In this document: one piece after another, positions 57,717 through 64,000 of the stretch
How the letters are laid out: the number at the start of each line of letters is the position of its first letter
Numbering within the stretch: the first letter of the stretch is position 1
Assembly: GCA_041659265.1 (NCBI GenBank)
Contig: JBAZYP010000009.1
Location: 12,201 to 76,200 of the forward strand
Direction of reading: 5' to 3'
DNA: 64,000 nucleotides
From: Candidatus Pacearchaeota archaeon
Lineage (GTDB): Archaea > Nanobdellota > Nanobdellia > Pacearchaeales > GW2011-AR1
Notes under the pieces: generated by a model
Told to the model about the DNA's origin: nothing
What the model saw: only the letters and a program-made list of their open reading frames with translations
The model's database searches: none
Program-made: the position numbers and the translations under genes

Positions 57717-59932
57717 AAAAATTAATTTTAATTTTGTTATTAGTATTTTTAACAATAAATTTTGTTTTTTCACAATCACAAACCGTTGTTCTTGATTATA
57801 ACTATAATAATATCACTAGATTTGAAAAATCAATCAATTATCCTGATTTTCTTTTGAAAGTTATAACTGAAAATAATTCTATATGTAAATATAGTGTTAA
57901 TCGCGACATTAATTATATTGATATGGAAGGAAGTTTTGAAACTAATACCGAGAAGATTCATGAAAAAAGTTTTGTATCCTTGTCAGAAGGAGTTACAAGG
58001 TATTTCATAAAATGTATATTTTTATATAATAACTCTTTTGAACCTTCTCAAAATGAATTATTATTAAGGGTCAATTCTTATGTAACAGGAAAAATAACTT
58101 TATCTAGGGAGTCTCCATTAAAATCTGGTCAAGTAGAAGTTAGTTTAACTACCTCTAAAATAATTTCACAAACTCCTATTTTAAGTTATTCATTTGATGG
58201 AATTACTTATAATGATCTTCCTTTGGTTGGATCTCAAAAGAATTGGAAAGGTTATTTAATGATTCCAAAAAATGCTGGAGAAACATTATTATCTTTTAAA
58301 TTCAGTGCAAGTGATCTTGAAGGAAGGCAAGGTCAAGAGATTACTTCTGGCAAGGTTTTTGTTATTGATACTATTAAACCTAAGATGGTTTCATATATTG
58401 ATGCTGAAAGTGAAGAAGGAAGAATAAAGTTAGAATGGTATTATGATGAAGATTTTAAGGAATTTAGAATTTTTAGGTCAAATTCTCCGAATTCTGATTA
58501 TACTAATTTTTATAAGATAATTGACGGTACTTCTTTTTATGACACTCTTGTAGATAAGGGAAAAACTTATTATTACAGGGTTTCGCCTGTTGACGAGGCT
58601 GGAAATGAGGGAGAATTATCTAAAGAAGTATTAGCAACTGCACTACTTCCAAATAATTTACAAACAAATCTTAATGGGGCTATTGGATTAAATCCTGAAT
58701 TATTAGGATTTGTAGATAATTTTATTGTTGAAATAGATTCAGTAATTTCTGATTTAGAGAGTATTAAAGAAAATGTTTTAACTAAACCAGAAAAAGATAA
58801 GTCTTTATTTAATGAATTGCAATTGGATAAAGATCTTGAAACTTCCAAGTTGGAATTATCTAATTTAAGAAAAGATATTGAAAGATTTAAATCTCAAGAT
58901 CTTAAATTAGATGAACTTAATAAGAAAATAGATTCGTCTAGGCTAAAATTAAATGTTATAAAAAGAAAGATTCCTGAAAGTTTTGCTGTTATAAATGAAA
59001 ATGAAGAAGAGAATACATTTGATGAAAAAGAAACTAATGAAATTTTACTTGAATTATATCCTACTTTTTCACAAAAGGAAATCGAAAGGAGTTTAAAAGC
59101 TACAAAAGATATTATTAAAGAATCAGGATATCAGGTAAAAAGTTATTATTATATTCTTAATATTATTTATCTTGATGGAACTAAAAAAGAGATTTCTTTA
59201 ATTAAAAGAGATATAACTTCCCAATTGACTAGAAAGGATAATTATACTTTTATTGAATATATTCCAAAGGATGTAGCTGAAAGCACTTCTGAAATTCAGA
59301 TAAAAACTCTTGGATACGGGATTGTAAAAGAGGATCCAATAATATCTTTTGGAACAGATACAAAACAAATAATTTATATTATAAATAAAAAATCCAATTT
59401 AGATCTTATTAAGAATACTAAATTTTATTTAATAAATATTCCAATAAACTCTGAGGAATCAAATTTAGGTTTTGATATAACTGGATATTTTTTATTAGAT
59501 TATGATAAAAAAAGCTACTTTGGAATAGTTATTGCAACATTATTCTTGTCTTCTTTAATAATTTACTTTTTTTATTTAAAATATAAGGGAAAGAATAATA
59601 ATCTTGATGAAGTATATAAAAAATTAGACTTATTGGATTATCTTCTTGAATTAAAGGATGAATATAAAGCTGAAATTTCCTATAGGGATATTAATAATGA
59701 TTATATAAAATTAAGTTCAAAAGAGAAAGAAAAGTTATATCCAAAAATAGAGAAATTGAGGGAAAGAATCTTAATTTTAAAATTAAAAAAAGGGATAATT
59801 GAATTAAATAAAAATAAAGATTTTGAAAAATTCAAAAACTTAGAAAAAATATTTAATAGTTTAAGCATTGAATCAAGAAAAGAAATTTCTCCTTATTTTT
59901 ATAAATTAAAAAAGAACTTTGAAAATATATGA
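57713..59932 (+). CDS. Fn3-containing surface protein with TM and cytosolic helical tail
   Basis: AEGEEGRIKLEWYYDEDFKEFRIFRS-type Fn3 module (AESEEGRIKLEWYYDEDFKEFRIFRSNS...YYYRVSPVDEAGNEG), TM YFGIVIATLFLSSLIIYFFYLKY, tail ELKDEYKAEISYRDINNDYIKLSSKEKEKLYPKIEKLRERI. Confidence 0.7.
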   Translation: MKKLILILLLVFLTINFVFSQSQTVVLDYNYNNITRFEKSINYPDFLLKVITENNSICKYSVNRDINYIDMEGSFETNTEKIHEKSFVSLSEGVTRYFIKCIFLYNNSFEPSQNELLLRVNSYVTGKITLSRESPLKSGQVEVSLTTSKIISQTPILSYSFDGITYNDLPLVGSQKNWKGYLMIPKNAGETLLSFKFSASDLEGRQGQEITSGKVFVIDTIKPKMVSYIDAESEEGRIKLEWYYDEDFKEFRIFRSNSPNSDYTNFYKIIDGTSFYDTLVDKGKTYYYRVSPVDEAGNEGELSKEVLATALLPNNLQTNLNGAIGLNPELLGFVDNFIVEIDSVISDLESIKENVLTKPEKDKSLFNELQLDKDLETSKLELSNLRKDIERFKSQDLKLDELNKKIDSSRLKLNVIKRKIPESFAVINENEEENTFDEKETNEILLELYPTFSQKEIERSLKATKDIIKESGYQVKSYYYILNIIYLDGTKKEISLIKRDITSQLTRKDNYTFIEYIPKDVAESTSEIQIKTLGYGIVKEDPIISFGTDTKQIIYIINKKSNLDLIKNTKFYLINIPINSEESNLGFDITGYFLLDYDKKSYFGIVIATLFLSSLIIYFFYLKYKGKNNNLDEVYKKLDLLDYLLELKDEYKAEISYRDINNDYIKLSSKEKEKLYPKIEKLRERILILKLKKGIIELNKNKDFEKFKNLEKIFNSLSIESRKEISPYFYKLKKNFENI

Positions 59933-60246
59933 TGAAATTAATAATATTTTCCTTTTTATTAGTATTTTTTTTAGGATTAATTAGTGTTTCATCCTCTGAT
60001 ATTATTAAAATGAATTTAAATGAGGGTAAAAATAATCTGCATATAACCTCTGAAAAAGAATTTTTTGTTAAAGATTTAATTTTATTAAATCCGGATATAG
60101 AAGTTATTTCTTATATTAATGGAAATAGGACAATAGGATATATTAATATTTTTGGAGGGATAGGAGAGAATTTTTTAATAAGGAATGATATAAATTATGA
60201 GATTATCAGTAAAAGTGATGCTGAAATTATTTTTCCTTTAAATTAA
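59929..60246 (+). CDS. Small secreted protein
   Basis: 105 aa with signal peptide; start overlaps the previous stop. Confidence 0.55.
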   Translation: MMKLIIFSFLLVFFLGLISVSSSDIIKMNLNEGKNNLHITSEKEFFVKDLILLNPDIEVISYINGNRTIGYINIFGGIGENFLIRNDINYEIISKSDAEIIFPLN

Positions 60247-60247
60247 G

Positions 60248-61513
60248 ATGAAAAAAAAATATTTTTTTCAAAAATTTAAAAATAATGAAATTAAAAGAAA
60301 TATTTTAATTAATAAATATTTTATTTCATTTATATTTAATATTTTTTTAATTTATTTTTTTATAACTTCTATAAGTGCGGCTCATTATATTGTTGGTTAT
60401 GTTAATAATTCAAGGGGAGGAATACAAGCAGATAATCATACTATTCTAATATGGAATCCCCTAGTTGGATTAGAGGATAATTTGACTGAAATTATTGGAA
60501 TTTCTGGAAGTTCTGGAGTTAGAAATGTTTATATGATTGATTGTGAAATGCTAAATAATTCTTGCAAGGTAGGAGATATAATTAATATTCAAGTCATAGA
60601 TAATGGCGATGGGTATTTTAGTAATCAAACTTATGTTAATATAACTGGTGCTGGATTTGATAGTGCACAAAATCTTTTTTTAATAACTCAAATGAATATT
60701 AGTTCAATAATTGTAGATGATTTTTTATCTAGTCCTTCTAATGAAATTGATTTACTTGCTGCAACAAATCAAACAGTAAATTGTGAGGCAATTATTGTTG
60801 GTTTAGATGGGGCCTCATTATTCAATATAAGTTCACAATTTTTTAATGATAATTTATCTTTTTATGGGGATAGCAATGATAATAATATCCATTATACCAA
60901 TAATAGTTGTTTTATTAATCAAAGTTATAATGGCAGTCATACAAAAAAGATTATTTGTTCATTTCCAGTTCAATATTATTCAAATAGTGGAAATTGGAGT
61001 TGCAGGATAAATATTATGAATAATTATTCAATTGAAACAAATAATTCAGATAACACTTTTATAAATACTTTGCTAGCTATAGGAGTAGATTCGCCTGTTG
61101 ATTATGGAGAATTTAATATTGGCAGTGTAACTGATGAAAAACAAATCGATATAATTAATTATGGCAATCAAGTCGCTAATTTAAGTTTAAAAGGATATGG
61201 CCAAATTGAAGGGGATGGATTTTCTATGATCTGCAATGGAAGTGGCAGCAATAATCTAAGCGTTTATCATGAAAAATATAACCTAACACAATCTAATTTT
61301 GGAGAAATTACTTTAAATCAAATGGAAAATATATACAAAAACTTAACAAGCGAAAGTGTAATTAATAGTTTTAATATTAAAATTAGAGAAAATGATTTGT
61401 TTAATGATGCAATAAATTCTTCTTATTGGAGAATGTATGTGCCCATTGGTGCTTTTAGTGGATCTTGTCAAGGAAATTTAATATTTGGAGCAGTAATTGC
61501 TCCAGGAGAATAA
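60248..61513 (+). CDS. Secreted protein with SAAHYIVGYV N-terminal domain
   Basis: ISAAHYIVGYVNNSRGGIQADNHTILIWNPLVGLEDNLTEIIGISGSSGVRNVYMIDCEMLNNSCKVGDI. Confidence 0.65.
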   Translation: MKKKYFFQKFKNNEIKRNILINKYFISFIFNIFLIYFFITSISAAHYIVGYVNNSRGGIQADNHTILIWNPLVGLEDNLTEIIGISGSSGVRNVYMIDCEMLNNSCKVGDIINIQVIDNGDGYFSNQTYVNITGAGFDSAQNLFLITQMNISSIIVDDFLSSPSNEIDLLAATNQTVNCEAIIVGLDGASLFNISSQFFNDNLSFYGDSNDNNIHYTNNSCFINQSYNGSHTKKIICSFPVQYYSNSGNWSCRINIMNNYSIETNNSDNTFINTLLAIGVDSPVDYGEFNIGSVTDEKQIDIINYGNQVANLSLKGYGQIEGDGFSMICNGSGSNNLSVYHEKYNLTQSNFGEITLNQMENIYKNLTSESVINSFNIKIRENDLFNDAINSSYWRMYVPIGAFSGSCQGNLIFGAVIAPGE

Positions 61514-62598
61514 TGTTAGAAATAATTTATTTAATCAATAGCATTGTAACCTTAATTATATTTTTTATTTTATTAAAGGGCTATTTTATAGATAAAGCTA
61601 AAAAACATATACAAAGAGTTGTAAATGTCCTTTTTGGAATTTCATTAATTTATTTTATATTATTTTTGTATTCAAGTTTATGGTATTTTGAGATATTAGA
61701 ATATTCTTTAGAAGATTTTTTATTAATAAATACTTTGATGAACGTAATTCAAACATTACTTTTATTCAGGATAGTTTATTTATTAAATCAAAATAAAAAT
61801 CTCTTTTATTTATTATTTTTTTATGTTATTGGACTTTTATCAGTATTTTCTTCAATAATTAACTTTTATAATATTTTTTTAATAATTTCTTATCTATTAA
61901 CTTTAGCATTATTATTAGTATTAGGGGCCTCAATAGGAATTGTAAAAAAATCTTCAAATTATGGGATTGCATATTCTTGCATTTCTTTAATTTTATTATT
62001 ATTTTCTATGTATTTTCCAAATCTAATTTTTTTATTTTCAATATTTTCAAATATTTTGTTTTTATTATTTATTTATAATTTTATAAAAATTTTGGATAAA
62101 TGTCCTGTTGTTTATCATGACTCAAGGTATAAGAAGAAACATTATATATTTATTTTTTTAAGATATTTGACCTTTGTTATAACAATAACTAATTTGGTAT
62201 TTATAGGAACTCTAGCTGTTCATGAGTTTGGACATTTTTCAGTAGCTAAATTATATGGTTGTGAATATAGCAAGATAATCTATGAATCAGATATGCCTTA
62301 TACTGAAACTTTTTGCAAAATGGATTCAAAAAATAATCTATTATTTGGGGGGATATTTCTGCCATTTTTAATTGGATTTATATTATTTATAGTAGGGGGA
62401 TTAGTTATAAGGGATATATCTCTATTAATAATTGGATTTAATCTCATTGTTTCAACTAAAGATTTTATTGAATTGGGTCTAACTGAAAATATCATATTAA
62501 TCTCCATAATTGCAGGCGTTTTATTTTTAATAACCGGGATAGTAATGTTAGCTAAATCAAGAACAGAGGATTATATGCATATAGTCTTTGATTTATGA
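61513..62598 (+). CDS. Multi-TM putative site-2-protease-like (M50-type) membrane protein
   Basis: HEFGHFSVAKLYGCEYSKII within a polytopic membrane protein. Start ATG 61513 overlaps the previous TAA (TAATG). Confidence 0.6.
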   Translation: MLEIIYLINSIVTLIIFFILLKGYFIDKAKKHIQRVVNVLFGISLIYFILFLYSSLWYFEILEYSLEDFLLINTLMNVIQTLLLFRIVYLLNQNKNLFYLLFFYVIGLLSVFSSIINFYNIFLIISYLLTLALLLVLGASIGIVKKSSNYGIAYSCISLILLLFSMYFPNLIFLFSIFSNILFLLFIYNFIKILDKCPVVYHDSRYKKKHYIFIFLRYLTFVITITNLVFIGTLAVHEFGHFSVAKLYGCEYSKIIYESDMPYTETFCKMDSKNNLLFGGIFLPFLIGFILFIVGGLVIRDISLLIIGFNLIVSTKDFIELGLTENIILISIIAGVLFLITGIVMLAKSRTEDYMHIVFDL

Positions 62599-62707
62599 AA
62601 AAAATAATGATTTTGAGGTATGTATTTTATTCAATATATATCTATTTAAATGGAGAATTTTCAAGATATTTATGAAAAAAGAATGGTAATATAAAAGGGT
62701 GTATAAA

Positions 62708-64000
62708 ATGAATAAAAAGAGCATGGCTAGAGCAGGTTTAATCTTAATAGTAATTCTCTTATTTTTCTTAATAATTTTTGTAATACCCAAAGTTAGTCCT
62801 GCCGCAATACAAGTAAAAGAGATTTATATTTTAGGTGAAAAATTTGAGCTTGATTTAACAAATAAGCCTTGGGCGAAAATAAAAGTATATACTCCTTCAA
62901 AACAGGTTTTAAATTCTCTTTCAAATCAGAAGAGATTTATATTCAGGCCTTGGGAAACAGGGGAATATAAGGTAGAAGTTGTTTATAATGGAAAAAAAGA
63001 AAATTATAATTTTAAGGTTGTAAGTAATTTAACAGAAAATGTTTCAGAAACTCTTTTTATAATTGATCCAACAAAAATTATTGATCTTAATGTTGAAAGT
63101 ACAAATTCCAGTTTTTTAAAAATAGGTAGGCCTATTGTTTTAATGGATGAAGCAAAGGTGATAACCGGAGTTGAAAAGAAAATAGAAATTCCAGAAAGCA
63201 GTAATATTTCTGTATATCATATGATAGGAAATGAGAAAAAAGTTTTTTTAGATTTTGAATTAAAGAATAATAATGATGGAACAAATTCTGTAATTATTGA
63301 TGGTATTGCTGGTAATTTTCAAGTAGAATATTCTTTAGCTGCTCCTGAAAAAGTTGAAAAAGTGATAAGTGAAGAAAAAAAAGAAGTTACTATCTATACT
63401 CCAAATGGTCTTGGATATCAAAATGTTACAGCATTTACATATCTAAAGGAGTTTTCAAAATCAAAAGAAAATCTTCAAATTTATTGGAAAGAAGAAGAGA
63501 GATATCTTGATTTTACTCCTTATGATAAAAATAATAATGGTTTTATTGATTATATAGAATGGATAGTTCCTCACTTATCTAATCAGACTTTTGAAATAAT
63601 TTATATTATAAAAGCTGAACATTTAAATTCTACAAGAGATTTTGTTGAAGAAATCTATCCTTTTGTTAAAGATAGAGATTATTTATTTAAAGAAATATTA
63701 ATAAATCATTATATTAGAGTTACTTTTGAAAAATTACTTGATTCAACTAAAGATATAACAATATATGCAAAAAGCAATAATTCTGGAAGAGTTGAAGTTT
63801 ATAATAAAGATAGCAATACTAAAATAGCAGATTTTGGAATAATAAATGAAGATAATAAATATCGGATTTTATTGAATAATTTAACTTTACCTTCAGATAC
63901 ATTTGATTTAAAGATAATAAATGGAAGTGTATTTTTTGATCAAATAATTGATCCTTCTGTTTCGATTAATGTTCCTGGTTCAATTGTTTATGGTCAAAGT
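62708..64000 (+). CDS. Large secreted/surface protein, truncated at the window edge
   Basis: ATG 62708; MNKKSMARAGLILIVILLFFLIIFVIPKVSPAAIQVKEIYILGEKFEL...DKNNNGFIDYIEWIVPHLSNQTFEIIYIIKAEHLNS... open to the window end. Confidence 0.75.
   Translation, partial: MNKKSMARAGLILIVILLFFLIIFVIPKVSPAAIQVKEIYILGEKFELDLTNKPWAKIKVYTPSKQVLNSLSNQKRFIFRPWETGEYKVEVVYNGKKENYNFKVVSNLTENVSETLFIIDPTKIIDLNVESTNSSFLKIGRPIVLMDEAKVITGVEKKIEIPESSNISVYHMIGNEKKVFLDFELKNNNDGTNSVIIDGIAGNFQVEYSLAAPEKVEKVISEEKKEVTIYTPNGLGYQNVTAFTYLKEFSKSKENLQIYWKEEERYLDFTPYDKNNNGFIDYIEWIVPHLSNQTFEIIYIIKAEHLNSTRDFVEEIYPFVKDRDYLFKEILINHYIRVTFEKLLDSTKDITIYAKSNNSGRVEVYNKDSNTKIADFGIINEDNKYRILLNNLTLPSDTFDLKIINGSVFFDQIIDPSVSINVPGSIVYGQS

Noticed and set aside
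58573-58848. Minus-strand ORF 91 aa (and similar at 37690, 36823, 56420, 54513, 52750, 62298)
   Set aside because: All lie antisense to longer ORFs with signal peptides, TMs or recognised domains; no independent support.
1-64000. Mobile genetic element or provirus covering the window
   Set aside because: No integrase, transposase, terminase or capsid-like gene recognised; housekeeping genes are interspersed through the left half. Only short tRNA-end duplications hint at past integration.

Overview
This 64 kb window is AT-rich archaeal chromosome, most likely from a small-genome DPANN lineage of the Woesearchaeota/Pacearchaeota type. The lineage is my inference from gene content, not a phylogeny. 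The left half mixes information-processing genes with surface or pilin-like genes. The information genes are EF-1beta, an RPA-like OB-fold protein, RadA, EndoQ, aIF2alpha, S27e, a DHH/Cdc45-like protein, S15, Bud32, SRP54, FtsY, Gins51 and NDK. There are two tRNAs: Gln(TTG) and Thr(TGT). The right part (about 32-64 kb) is dominated by envelope proteins. Its most unusual content is two paralogous membrane-anchored HerA/FtsK-type ATPases. Each has a signal/TM segment, a large Ig- or carboxypeptidase-regulatory-like ectodomain, a second TM and a cytosolic ATPase domain. They sit among ectodomain-TM-helical-tail proteins, coiled-coil proteins, AbrB/RHH/HTH-like regulators, a SpoIIM-family protein and a long operon-like run of secreted proteins. 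I propose this as a candidate uncharacterised surface machine. Other points of interest are a radA reading frame that appears broken by 1 nt at its 5' end, a DHH protein and a HIT protein with degenerate catalytic motifs, a complete SET plus post-SET protein, small genes missing from the ORF track (S27e, an AbrB-like protein, a 49-aa ORF), and structured intergenic regions next to both tRNAs. I saw no CRISPR array, integrase or transposase.
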